Assembly: GCA_937907475.1 (NCBI GenBank)
Contig: CALCIK010000228.1
Span: 5,050 to 69,049 of the forward strand
DNA from: an uncultured Bacteroidota bacterium
GTDB taxonomy: Bacteria; Bacteroidota; Bacteroidia; Chitinophagales; UBA2359
DNA: 64,000 nucleotides
Direction: 5' to 3'
Made by a program: the position numbers and the translations under genes. Below are positions 7,458 to 17,507 of the stretch, one piece after another (position 1 is the stretch's first letter; the number at the start of each line of letters is the position of its first letter). A model generated the notes under the pieces. That model saw only the letters and a list, made by a program, of their open reading frames with translations. It ran no database searches and was not told the DNA's origin.

Positions 7458-8324
7458 ATGCCTACTCCTACTATTAAGAATTACCTCTCCTTAATTAAGT
7501 TCAGCCATACTATTTTTGCATTGCCTTTTGCGGTGGTAGGATTTTTTTTAGCTACCCAACATTTTCATTATCCTTTTGAGTGGTATAAGTTATTGTTAGT
7601 GGTGTTGTGTATGGTTTTTGCACGAAGTGCCGCAATGGCTTTTAACCGGTATGCCGACTACCGATACGATGCTCAAAACCCGCGTACTGCAATTCGCGAA
7701 ATTCCGGGGGGTATTATCCGACCAACCAATGCACTGCTGTTTGTGGTGGTCAATTGTTTGTTGTTTGTAGCAGCAACTTGGTTTATCAATCCGCTTTGTT
7801 TTTACCTTTCTCCTGTGGCGTTGTTGGTCGTTTTGGGATACAGCTACACTAAGCGGTTTACCGCCCTTTGCCATTTTATACTCGGTATCGGGTTGGGGTT
7901 AGCACCCGTTGGCGCTTTTTTGGCTGTCAGCAGCCAATTTGAATGGCTGCCGGTGCTGTTTGGTTTTGCAGTCTTGTTTTGGGTGAGTGGCTTTGATATT
8001 ATCTATGCCCTGCAAGACGAAGAGTTTGACAAAACGCTGGGTCTCAACTCCATCCCCGCTTGGTTGGGTAAGAAAAAAGCCTTGTATCTTTCAAACGCTT
8101 TGCACTTCATTTCTGCCATGTTTATCATTGGAGCAGGTGTTCTTGCCGACTTTGGAATTTGGTATTGGGTAGCCTCATCGGTATTTTTAGGGCTGTTGTT
8201 TTACCAACATACGCTTGTTTCACCTACCGATTTGAGCAAGGTAAATCTCGCCTTTTTTACTACTAATGGCATTGCAAGCGTTACATTTGCCGTGTTGGTG
8301 TTGATAGAGTTATTTGTGGGTTAG
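7458..8324 (+). CDS. ubiA: UbiA-family 4-hydroxybenzoate polyprenyltransferase (MqnP-like)
   Basis: LIKFSHTIFALPFA, MAFNRYADYRYDAQNPRT, GFDIIYALQD motifs; multi-pass membrane protein. Confidence 0.88.
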   Translation: MPTPTIKNYLSLIKFSHTIFALPFAVVGFFLATQHFHYPFEWYKLLLVVLCMVFARSAAMAFNRYADYRYDAQNPRTAIREIPGGIIRPTNALLFVVVNCLLFVAATWFINPLCFYLSPVALLVVLGYSYTKRFTALCHFILGIGLGLAPVGAFLAVSSQFEWLPVLFGFAVLFWVSGFDIIYALQDEEFDKTLGLNSIPAWLGKKKALYLSNALHFISAMFIIGAGVLADFGIWYWVASSVFLGLLFYQHTLVSPTDLSKVNLAFFTTNGIASVTFAVLVLIELFVG

Positions 8325-8369
8325 CTTTACCACAGCACATACTACCGTTTTTTGCCGTATCTTTGCAAT

Positions 8370-9428
8370 ATGATGGAAACGGAAATAATTACAGCAAACA
8401 AAAAGGATATACGGGAACTCTCCTTACCCGAACTTCAAGCCACGATGACCGGAATGTGTGAAAAACCGTTTAGGGCAAAACAGGTCTATGAGTGGCTTTG
8501 GCAAAAGTCTGCTTATTCATTTGAAGAAATGACCAACCTGTCCAAAGAGCTTCGTCAAAAATTGGATGAGAACTTTGTTATCAACGCGGTGGTCATAGAC
8601 AAAGAACAACGGAGTATTGATGGTACCGTCAAGTTGGGATTCCGGTTATTTGACGGGCATATCATAGAAGGCGTACTCATTCCGGCCGATGGACGAATGA
8701 CGGCTTGTGTTTCTTCGCAAGTGGGATGCAGTTTGGCGTGTAAGTTTTGCGCCACCGGTTTTTTACCCCGCTTACGCAATCTCAGTGGTGCAGAAATATA
8801 CGACCAAGTCGTCCAAATAGCCCGCCTTGCCCAAAAATATTACGATCAGCCTTTGAGCAACATCGTTTATATGGGGATGGGTGAACCACTCCTAAACTAT
8901 AAAAACGTATTGCAAAGTGTTGACCGCATCACTCAGCCCGACGGGTTGGGAATGTCGCCACAACGAATCACCGTTTCTACTGCCGGCATTGCCAAAATGA
9001 TTAAACAACTTGCCGATGATAATACACGCTTCAATCTTGCCTTGTCGCTTCATGCGGCAAACGACGAAAAGCGCAACAAAATCATGGCCATTAACGAAAG
9101 CAACTCTTTATCTGTCCTGTCTGATGCCCTTCGTTACTACTATGCTCATACCAACCGCCCTGTTACATACGAGTACATTGTTTTCCACTTGTTTAATGAT
9201 TCATTGGAAGATGCCCGGCAATTGGCAGATTTTTGCAGAATAGTGCCGTGTAAGGTAAACCTCATCGAGTACAACTCGATAGAGGGGGTTGATTTTTTAA
9301 AAACAACCGAAGACCGTTTAGAAAAATTTCAGCAATACCTCGAACGAAAAGGAATAGTCGCCACCCTTCGAAGAAGCAGGGGTAAAGATATTGATGCTGC
9401 CTGTGGGCAGTTGGCTAATAAGGAATAG
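8370..9428 (+). CDS. rlmN: 23S rRNA (A2503-C2) methyltransferase RlmN
   Basis: Radical SAM CVSSQVGCSLACKFCATG, MGMGEP, DIDAACGQL. Start moved to ATG 8370 because TATCTTTG (-7 box) covers 8358-8365. Confidence 0.96.
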   Translation: MMETEIITANKKDIRELSLPELQATMTGMCEKPFRAKQVYEWLWQKSAYSFEEMTNLSKELRQKLDENFVINAVVIDKEQRSIDGTVKLGFRLFDGHIIEGVLIPADGRMTACVSSQVGCSLACKFCATGFLPRLRNLSGAEIYDQVVQIARLAQKYYDQPLSNIVYMGMGEPLLNYKNVLQSVDRITQPDGLGMSPQRITVSTAGIAKMIKQLADDNTRFNLALSLHAANDEKRNKIMAINESNSLSVLSDALRYYYAHTNRPVTYEYIVFHLFNDSLEDARQLADFCRIVPCKVNLIEYNSIEGVDFLKTTEDRLEKFQQYLERKGIVATLRRSRGKDIDAACGQLANKE

Positions 9429-9437
9429 GAGGGGGAG

Positions 9438-9645
9438 ATTTTAGACATTAGATTTAAGACTATAGACGTAAGACGATAGATTTTAGACTTAAGACGTAAG
9501 ATAATAGACTTTGAAAGTATTGCGATTGACTTTGGATTTTAGACATAAGGCTTTGTTCTTCAGACTTTAGTCTTTGGTCTCTATTCTTCTGTTTATAGTC
9601 TTCTGTCTTAAGTCTAATGTCTATTGTCTAAAGTCTAATATCTCA
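9438..9645. repeat. Degenerate heptamer (TTAGACx) array arranged as a long imperfect inverted repeat
   Basis: AGAC units in the left half and GTCT units in the right half; 9442-9460 pairs with 9605-9623 at 18/19 nt. Confidence 0.8.
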
Positions 9646-9679
9646 AATTTTTACCTACCCTATCGTAAACCCAACAAAC

Positions 9680-10729
9680 ATGACCAAACGCAACCCTAAC
9701 CTTCAAGCCAACAAAGAAACCCTATCTAACAAAGAACAGGAAGTAGAAAAGGTACTTCGCCCAAGGGTATTGACCGATTTTAGAGGGCAGCCGCACATTA
9801 TAGACAACCTTAAAATTTTTATTGAGGCAGCCAAATTGCGCGGCGAAGCCTTAGACCATGTATTGTTGCATGGCCCGCCCGGTTTGGGTAAAACCACGCT
9901 GTCGTATATCGTGGCCAATGAGTTGGGGGTAAATGTAAAAGTAACCTCCGGTCCTGTTTTAGAAAAACCGGCCGACCTTGCCGGATTGCTTACCAATCTC
10001 GAAGAGCGCGATGTATTGTTTATTGACGAAATTCACCGCCTTAGCATTACCGTTGAAGAGTACCTCTATGCGGCGATGGAAGATTTCACCATAGACATTA
10101 TGATTGATAGCGGCCCCAGTGCCCGAAGCATACAAATAGCCCTCAACCCCTTTACCTTAGTAGGGGCTACCACCCGTTCTGGTTTACTCTCCTCTCCCAT
10201 GCGTTCTCGGTTTGGCATCACTTTCCGCATGGATTATTACGACATCGGAACCCTAACCAACATCATCAACCGTTCTGCCTCTATTTTACACACCCCCATT
10301 ACTCCCGAAGGTGCTTGCGAAATAGCTTCTCGTAGTCGAGGCACTCCCCGTATTGCCAATGCCTTACTTCGCAGAGTGCGCGATTTTGCACAAATATTGG
10401 GTAATGGCTCTATTGACCTCGACATTACCCGACATGCGTTGAACGCCTTGAGCGTAGATGCAGCAGGATTGGACGAAATGGACAACCGCATCTTACTGGC
10501 CATTATCGAAAAATTTAACGGCGGACCGGTTGGAATTACCACTATTGCTATGGCCGTAGGGGAAGAACCCGGCACTTTGGAAGAAGTATATGAGCCGTTT
10601 TTGGTTCAGGAAGGCTTTTTAAAACGCACTGCACGAGGCCGAGAAGCTACCGAAAAGGCCTACCGCCACCTCAACAAAGTGCCTCCTGCTCGCATCCTCC
10701 CTGATTTGTTTTCTGATACCAACCAATAG
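9680..10729 (+). CDS. ruvB: Holliday junction branch migration helicase RuvB
   Basis: [49 protein letters not shown]. Confidence 0.98.
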   Translation: MTKRNPNLQANKETLSNKEQEVEKVLRPRVLTDFRGQPHIIDNLKIFIEAAKLRGEALDHVLLHGPPGLGKTTLSYIVANELGVNVKVTSGPVLEKPADLAGLLTNLEERDVLFIDEIHRLSITVEEYLYAAMEDFTIDIMIDSGPSARSIQIALNPFTLVGATTRSGLLSSPMRSRFGITFRMDYYDIGTLTNIINRSASILHTPITPEGACEIASRSRGTPRIANALLRRVRDFAQILGNGSIDLDITRHALNALSVDAAGLDEMDNRILLAIIEKFNGGPVGITTIAMAVGEEPGTLEEVYEPFLVQEGFLKRTARGREATEKAYRHLNKVPPARILPDLFSDTNQ

Positions 10730-10996
10730 GGGATTACACCCATCCTCTTAGTATTCTAGTTTGAGCATTGTATTTCAAGTCCTCAAAACATCGGCTGATT
10801 ACCCATTCGGAATAAGGAGCGTTTGGGTTAAAAAATGTTCCTTTATGGCAAAAATAAGGCTTTTTAAAAGTTTTTTTTAACTTTAACGTTTAAACTAAAT
10901 ACGACAAGGATTGCATTTGAAACCAAATGAGCTATCTTTGCTTTTATTTACATCAATTTATTTACCAATCGTACAAACCCAACTAAACTCAATACC

Positions 10997-11689
10997 ATGA
11001 GAAAGTCAAATTTGTTTTCTTCATTCTTACTTCTTACAGCATTTTTCATTGCTTCTGTTACCATGTTTTGTGTGAATGCTCAGGCACAAACACCGGAAAC
11101 CAAAAAAGATAAAACCACTATTTACAAAATACAACTCGGGGCATTCAAAGATATCCCTACCGAAAAATTTGAAAATCTCACCGGGGTTTTTCCCACCTAT
11201 ATGGAAGAAACCGGAAAGGGTTTACAACGCATTATTGTCGGCGATTACCCAACTCGCGAAAAAGCAGAAAAAGTGCTTGAAAAATTAAAAGAGATGGGGC
11301 ATACGAAAGCCTATATTGTAACCCAAAAGGTTGAAATTCCAAAGACCAAACCCGTCGTGGCAAACAATACCGCCACACCTGCCACCACCACTGCTACCAA
11401 TAAAAAGGCAGAACCGGTCGAAAAGATGGAAACCCTAAGTGTGCTCACCCCCGCAGCTACAACGACTGCTGCTGAAACAATTTTTGTTATTCAATTGGGT
11501 GCTTACAAAAACCTTGATTTAAAAAGTTTTGGCAATATCGTTGATTTGGGCGATTTAATGGTCGAAAACGAAAACGGACTAACCAAAGTTTATATATCGA
11601 AATTTGTTAGCAAGCCCGCTGCCGAAAAAGCCCTTTCGGTTGTAAAACAACGTGGATATACAAATGCCTTTATCCGCGAAGACAAATAA
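10997..11689 (+). CDS. Secreted SPOR-domain protein (two SPOR domains)
   Basis: Signal peptide; YKIQLGAF and FVIQLGAY...A.KAL..VKQRGY.NAFI. Confidence 0.8.
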   Translation: MRKSNLFSSFLLLTAFFIASVTMFCVNAQAQTPETKKDKTTIYKIQLGAFKDIPTEKFENLTGVFPTYMEETGKGLQRIIVGDYPTREKAEKVLEKLKEMGHTKAYIVTQKVEIPKTKPVVANNTATPATTTATNKKAEPVEKMETLSVLTPAATTTAAETIFVIQLGAYKNLDLKSFGNIVDLGDLMVENENGLTKVYISKFVSKPAAEKALSVVKQRGYTNAFIREDK

Positions 11690-11748
11690 TTTATCCTTTT
11701 ACATGCTCTTACAGCCATATCTATTTATCTTACCACAAATATTGGCTC

Positions 11749-13137
11749 ATGAAACAAACGATTACGACACTCGTCCTCCTATTCGCCCTTTTACAAGTCG
11801 GCATTTCATCGGCTTGGGGGCAAGAAGTAGTGCCTCCTACTTACTTGAAAATACAAGTAGCGGCATACAAAAATCTTAAACAAGCTAAACTAGACAGCCT
11901 TTTTAAGATAGGCAGCGTATATGCCGAAGATGCCGGAAACGGAGTGAGCCGCATAGTGGTGGGTTATTATACCGATGCCGTAACCGCAAATATTGCATTA
12001 GACGAAGTTCGAAAATCAGGCTTTCCCGAAGCTTTTATCAGTAAACACAAAGGAGGATTTGATTCTAAAGCGATTAGCCCCATCACTCCTGCAACAATGC
12101 AAGCCCTAAATACTCAATATTTGGTCGTTTTAGGGCGATTTAATGATTTGAAAGACGTGAAATTAGGGCCTATTGTCAAAATGTCCGACATGTATGTGGA
12201 AGAAGATAACGGCATGAAAAAAATAGTGATGGGCCCATTTGCTGAAAAAGAAAAGGCCGAAACTATTTTAAAAACAGTACACGAAAATGGTTTTAACGAC
12301 GCTGTTATTCAAAATGTAGTGGTGACACCTAAGGGAAATAAAAAACCCGTTGCAACGCCTTCTGCCATCACCAAAACCACTCAACCCCCTACCGGTACAT
12401 CTGCCAATCAACCCGATGCCAACAAAAACATCCCGGTAACGACCTTTAATGCTCCGTCAGAAACACCGTCAACAGGATTAACAACACCCAGACCCGGTGC
12501 TCCAATAAACAAACCTACAAACGAAACAAAGCCTTCTAATCAATTATTTGACACCGGACAATTCTTTACCTTCTTTACCAGCCCCAGTTTTAAGGTGTTT
12601 CATATTCCTCCTTTCAGCCCCGTAGCAGAGGACAAAAACACTTTACCAATCAATAACCCTGCTCCAAATTCGCTTGGCAAAGACTTGAAAGGCAATAAAT
12701 TACCGGATAGATTGCTCTATTTGTTCCATCCGGCCCCATCTCCCGATTTAAGTTTTTTCGCACTTTACCGCTACACGCTTAGCACATCTTTTTATGGCTT
12801 TATCATCCGTAGCGGCAAAGATAAACTTGACCAAGCCAATGAAATTACCCTCTACATTTTTGATAAAACAAAAATGAAATTTGTAGGAAAAGAACTGATA
12901 AGCACTTCCATAGGTAAGCAGGGATTTTTAAGTACTACCGAAAGTTGGTTAATGGACTTGAATGCAGATAATGTTCCCGACCTGCTCTCCTACACTATTG
13001 TAGAAACAAATACTCCCCAAAAAGAGTACAATAAAAGCAGTTCGTTCAAAGCCAAGCTATGGTTGGACAATAAATTTATGGATGCCCAAATTGTAAATGA
13101 AGAAGCCCTGCGCAAACAAGTAAGCATCAAAGACTAA
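11749..13137 (+). CDS. Secreted SPOR-domain protein with Pro/Thr linker and C-terminal domain of unknown function
   Basis: Signal peptide; LKIQVAAY...SGFPEAFI and YLVVLGRF...NGFNDAVI. Confidence 0.75.
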   Translation: MKQTITTLVLLFALLQVGISSAWGQEVVPPTYLKIQVAAYKNLKQAKLDSLFKIGSVYAEDAGNGVSRIVVGYYTDAVTANIALDEVRKSGFPEAFISKHKGGFDSKAISPITPATMQALNTQYLVVLGRFNDLKDVKLGPIVKMSDMYVEEDNGMKKIVMGPFAEKEKAETILKTVHENGFNDAVIQNVVVTPKGNKKPVATPSAITKTTQPPTGTSANQPDANKNIPVTTFNAPSETPSTGLTTPRPGAPINKPTNETKPSNQLFDTGQFFTFFTSPSFKVFHIPPFSPVAEDKNTLPINNPAPNSLGKDLKGNKLPDRLLYLFHPAPSPDLSFFALYRYTLSTSFYGFIIRSGKDKLDQANEITLYIFDKTKMKFVGKELISTSIGKQGFLSTTESWLMDLNADNVPDLLSYTIVETNTPQKEYNKSSSFKAKLWLDNKFMDAQIVNEEALRKQVSIKD

Positions 13138-13263
13138 TCATCAAAAAGCAGAAATTAAACTGCCATACCTACTCCTGCCCATTCAATATAGAGAGGTAAA
13201 GCGATAAAATATTTGTTGATTTTAGCGTTTAAATAGCAGAATAAGCATATTAGAGTGCTATTT

Positions 13264-13532
13264 TAAAACCTTTTTTAGGGCTTAAAAAACAATTGTTAAG
13301 GGATAAAAAACCTTTTTTAGAGCCTGCAAAACAATTGTTAGGGGATAAAAAACCTTTTTTAGAGCTTACAAAACAATTGTTAAGGGATAAAAAACCTTTT
13401 TTAAAGCCTACAAAACAATTGTTAAGGAATAAAAAACCTTTTTTAGAGCCTACAAAACAATTGTTAGGGAATAAAAAACCTTTTTTAAAGCCTACAAAAC
13501 AATTGCTAGGAGATAAAAAACCTTTTTTAGAG
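13264..13532. repeat. 42-bp tandem repeat, about 6.4 copies, each with two dyads
   Basis: AACAATTGTT palindrome recurs at 13288, 13330, 13372, 13414, 13456 and 13498 (last has one mismatch); each unit also has AAAAAACCTTTTTT. Confidence 0.92.
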
Positions 13533-13882
13533 GCGAAAAATCTATTTTTAAAGCTACCCAAAGCATTTTTGGGGCTAAAATTTTTATCAAAACAACCCAT
13601 TACGCCATCTATCCTCCCTCACAATATTTAGCGTGCCCTTTTTTATCTTCCCCTTTAAAACAACACTAAGGCATTGCGTTGATGCTATAAATTAAAGGCC
13701 TGTTGACTAAAAACTGCTTGTTTTGCTGATTTCGACAGCCGCGCAAATTTACTTACAATTTTAGCATTCACCAACTTATCCAGTACTATTTAAACAGTAA
13801 CCCCACAGGATTTATTCCCTTTTTGTTGTTAAATCAAGATATGCTGTTTCATATTTACAACTGCTTTCTCAATTACACATCG

Positions 13883-13923
13883 CTAAAATTCCCCCTTTTT
13901 CAAAGGGGGCAAGGGGGATTTAG
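13883..13923. repeat. REP-like CCCCCTT...AAGGGGG palindromic element
   Basis: ctaaaattcccccttttt-caaagggggcaagggggatttag. Confidence 0.6.
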
Positions 13924-14116
13924 CACTATTTCGGGCTTATTTTACTCTATAAACAGGTGCGTTTGCTCAAAAATCATGTTAAACCGTAATGTTGTAACTG
14001 TAATATCTAACGCCCGAATGGGAGTAGATAACAGGTTTTCGATTTTTACCCTCCAATCCACTGTGCAGGATTGTTTATAGTAAAGCCTCTTTTATGAATA
14101 TAGGATGATGCAACAA

Positions 14117-15502
14117 TCACAATAACGACCTCATCAAAGCCTGTGCTTTTAACAAGCACTCCTCATATTCGCTTTGAGCATCTGACCCGTAAGTAATGGC
14201 GCTCCCAACTTGCAGCGACAAATAAGCAGCCGCCTCGTTGTATAGCAAGCTGCGTATGACCACGTTAAAATCAAAATCGCCTTGGGGGGTGATATAACCT
14301 ACTGCTCCCGAAAAAAGACCGCGTCCGGTAAGTTCATGCTTTTCAATCAGTTGCATAGCCATTATCTTAGGTGCGCCGGTCATCGAACCCATCGGAAAAG
14401 CATTTGATAAAGCCTCTGACCAATGCACATCGGGACGCATATTGGCCGTAATGGTTGAAATTAAATGATGCACGGTTTTAAAGGAATAAGTGCCGAAAAG
14501 CTCCGGTACACTTATCGTACCCAATATAGCAGAACGAGTTAAATCATTGCGCACCAAGTCCACAATCATCACATTTTCGGCTCGCTCCTTAGCATTGTTG
14601 AACAGTTGAATTTTTAGCCGTTCGTCTTCGTCTGCATGATTCAGATTGCGCTTTGAAGTGCCTTTTATGGGTTGCGAAATCAGTAATCCGTCTTGATTTT
14701 TTAAAAACCGCTCAGGGCTGGCGCATAACAAGTACTTTTGCTCATATTTCACAAAAGCCGAAAAAGGAGCTTGGGTTAATTCGAGGAGTTTAGTAAAAAC
14801 TTGGTACGGGTTGATGACCACATCCGTTGCAAACCATTCCTGACATAGGTTTACCTCATACAAATCCCCCTGTCTGATATGTTCCCTCAATCGTTCAACC
14901 CTTTTTAGATAGTCCTCCCGACTCATTCGGGGTGTCAGTTCAACAGCATCTTGTTCACTTGTTGCTTCGCCCGTGTTTTGTTGCTCAACTTGTTCAAAAA
15001 CCTCTTCGGGGCTTTTCGGGTAGCTTGCCGCCACACTTATCGTCAGATGAGTAGAATTAACCGTCAATGCCATCAACACTTCCGGTTCAAAAAAAAACAA
15101 ATCGGGCATTTGTACCCAATCGGGTAGATTTGATTCCAGCTTTTCAGTTTCATTTTTTAAATCATAGCCCAAAAACCCAAACAACCATGCAGGTCGCTGT
15201 TCGTGTAGTAGTCTGAGTTGTTCAAAACTGTTGCTCGCTGCATTTTGATGAGTTGTCAGCCTTTGAGGAGGGGTTTGGGCAACAGCCAATAAGCATTCAT
15301 AAGTTGCATATCGGTCAAAAAGATACTCGTTGCTATCCAAATAAATGATGGTTTCAAAATTTGTCGACCATGCCCTCATTTTCTCTTTAAACGCTGATAC
15401 ATCAGTAATGACAAATTGGCGCGTTCTATGGGTATTCATGTATACAGCAGTGTTGTTTAAAGGGTCAACGCAAGTATCTTCAGGAGTGGAATGGTTCAGC
15501 AA
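14117..15502 (-). CDS. pabB: Aminodeoxychorismate synthase component I (chorismate-binding enzyme)
   Basis: GDLYEVNLC, ASPERFL, PIKGT, ENVMIVDLVRNDL, FPMGSMTGAPKI, FNVVIRS. The true start may be a downstream ATG. Confidence 0.9.
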   Translation of the reverse strand: MLNHSTPEDTCVDPLNNTAVYMNTHRTRQFVITDVSAFKEKMRAWSTNFETIIYLDSNEYLFDRYATYECLLAVAQTPPQRLTTHQNAASNSFEQLRLLHEQRPAWLFGFLGYDLKNETEKLESNLPDWVQMPDLFFFEPEVLMALTVNSTHLTISVAASYPKSPEEVFEQVEQQNTGEATSEQDAVELTPRMSREDYLKRVERLREHIRQGDLYEVNLCQEWFATDVVINPYQVFTKLLELTQAPFSAFVKYEQKYLLCASPERFLKNQDGLLISQPIKGTSKRNLNHADEDERLKIQLFNNAKERAENVMIVDLVRNDLTRSAILGTISVPELFGTYSFKTVHHLISTITANMRPDVHWSEALSNAFPMGSMTGAPKIMAMQLIEKHELTGRGLFSGAVGYITPQGDFDFNVVIRSLLYNEAAAYLSLQVGSAITYGSDAQSEYEECLLKAQALMRSLL

Positions 15503-15516
15503 TTTATCTTAAAAGG

Positions 15517-15700
15517 TTAGCGATTCGACCAAATAAAATCTAATCGTGCTTGTCCACGCAAAACGCGGGGAAATTTATGCTGCCCACCCATTTTTCCTTG
15601 TTTTTCCATCCATCCATAATAGGTTTGGGTAGGCAATACTTCCAGAAATAGTTCTTTCAATACATGCGCTTTGCGCTTTGCGCTTGGTTTGGTAATCAAT
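15517..15700 (-). pseudogene. C-terminal relic of a GH3 auxin-responsive-promoter family (acyl-adenylate ligase-like) gene
   Basis: IDYQTKR / LEVLPTQTYYGWMEKQGKMGGQHKFPRVL is the GH3 C-terminal motif; a heptamer duplication (gcgcttt, 15666-15685) shifts the frame. Confidence 0.7.
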
Positions 15701-15799
15701 ATATATGCTAAACATACTAAATTCATCTTCTTCTGAACTCAATGCGCTGTATGATAATCTTTTCAGTCGTTCAAACGTTTAATTAACGAATGTAGAATT

Positions 15800-16339
15800 A
15801 TGAAGCAACAAGATACAAAAAGCATACAATTTGCCGATATTGTAATCGTAAAATCGGCCTTAAAGCGCGATCGCAACCTTAAAGTTTGCATTGGATTGTG
15901 TTTGATACTGATAAGTATTGGGCTCCTAATAGCCCTCAATCGAGTATTCCCTACCAAGACCGTATATGCCCTTTCTGTTTTCCTTTTATTAACCGGATTT
16001 ACCGGATTGTACTTTTTCCTGCAAGGACTGTTTCGTTACGACACACAGTGCAATTACCTTTTAAAGCTACTCATCCAACAACCCGATGAAGTGGTTTGGG
16101 TCTATTACCGAAAAGTGGAAAGCAACCCTTTTGGAATCCAATTATTGAAGTTTACGACTTTGTTTATTTGTTTGCGAAACCGCGACTTTATTGCCCTTCC
16201 CATGCCCGAAAAACAAATTCGCCAACTGATGGATTTGCTCAAATTGCGCCTTACCGCTGCTGCATTTGGTTACAGCATCCAACGGGCACAGTTGTATGAC
16301 ATTTCTCCCGACCTAGTCAGTTCTGAGAAAGATTCTTAG
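15800..16339 (+). CDS. Hypothetical membrane protein (2 TM helices)
   Basis: 179 aa with two hydrophobic segments near the N-terminus. Confidence 0.6.
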   Translation: MKQQDTKSIQFADIVIVKSALKRDRNLKVCIGLCLILISIGLLIALNRVFPTKTVYALSVFLLLTGFTGLYFFLQGLFRYDTQCNYLLKLLIQQPDEVVWVYYRKVESNPFGIQLLKFTTLFICLRNRDFIALPMPEKQIRQLMDLLKLRLTAAAFGYSIQRAQLYDISPDLVSSEKDS

Positions 16340-16374
16340 AATCTGTCTGAAATGTTCTATTACTTGTTCCAATG

Positions 16375-16431
16375 CCATTAGGCATGATACATAGCGTTTG
16401 CCATAAGTTATATCCCTACAGGATTTTATTG
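16375..16431. repeat. Dispersed ~57-bp REP-like element, copy 1
   Basis: Aligns with 38778-38834 (ggcatgatac...gccataa...atatccctaca.gattttattg). Confidence 0.75.
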
Positions 16432-16674
16432 TTAATTTATACTATGCTGCCGGTATAACCTATTTTCCACTCCCATCCTAGTTTTAAAATTCCAGATGGT
16501 TTGGAGTTGAACTATTCCCCAAACTTACCTTAACCGGCGCTTTCCATATAAATGAGGATGTATTAAATTAAGGCGACTTAAAAATTATTGTCCTTTTGAA
16601 ACTTTTTAGTACTATTTTCTACTTACATTAGTGTTCTCAATTTAACAACACTCAAAATTAAGTTTTAAAAAGTT

Positions 16675-17472
16675 ATGGAAGAAAATCGATTGCCCATGGA
16701 GCCGATAGTACTGATTGACAAGTCTAAAAGCAAAGAAGTACATATTGTAGCGGGTACCAACAACTCTTTTGAAGATGTGGTACGTTCTGCACAACGTATT
16801 AGCACCGGTTTGTTCGAAGGCGATTGGAATCTATGTTATATTCACCCTGATTCTAAACAGGCCGTTCCCATTGATAAGGAACAGACTGTCGGTGAGTTGA
16901 TAGACAAAAACATTGATACTTTCTATTGGAATTATGTCAAACCGGCTTTCAAAATACCAACCGCTTCCGATTACAGAAATACCAGACGACACGAAACCAA
17001 TACTCAATGGCAGCAAAAAAGCCAAAACCAACCGTTAAATTCGGGAAAAACGATTTTTGCTGATGAGTCGGCTGTTGCTTCAGCAGGTAGTGGTCCAAAA
17101 GTGATTGAATATGCCGATGCCGGTAAGCGCATTAGTGCCTTCATCATTGATTGGATTTTATTGTTTTTGTTGTTAAGATTGTTTGGGTCTAATGCCGGTG
17201 GTTTTAGTGTGATAATTTGGTGGCTTTACTTTGCCCTAATGGAAAGTTCTACTAAACAAGCAACCTTTGGAAAGCAAATTATGGGCTTAAAAGTTACCGA
17301 TATGCAAGGGCGACGAATCTCTTTTGGAAAAGCTACCGGACGCTTCTTTGCTAAATTGCTCAGTTGGATGACCTTGTTAATAGGGTTCTTTTTAGCCTTT
17401 TTCACCGAAAAAAAACAAGCCCTGCACGACATCATTACCAACTGTTTGGTGCTTGAAGTGAAGGAAAAATAA
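16675..17472 (+). CDS. RDD family protein with an N-terminal soluble domain
   Basis: YADAGKRISAFIIDW...QATFGKQIMGLKVTD..GRRISFGKATGR...KKQALHD. Confidence 0.88.
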   Translation: MEENRLPMEPIVLIDKSKSKEVHIVAGTNNSFEDVVRSAQRISTGLFEGDWNLCYIHPDSKQAVPIDKEQTVGELIDKNIDTFYWNYVKPAFKIPTASDYRNTRRHETNTQWQQKSQNQPLNSGKTIFADESAVASAGSGPKVIEYADAGKRISAFIIDWILLFLLLRLFGSNAGGFSVIIWWLYFALMESSTKQATFGKQIMGLKVTDMQGRRISFGKATGRFFAKLLSWMTLLIGFFLAFFTEKKQALHDIITNCLVLEVKEK

Positions 17473-17507
17473 GCGTTTCGTACAAATATTTAGCGGTCAA
17501 ATCCGTC

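Noticed and set aside
13264-13532. Possible CRISPR array
   Set aside because: The units repeat end to end with no unique spacers, and there are no cas genes in the window.
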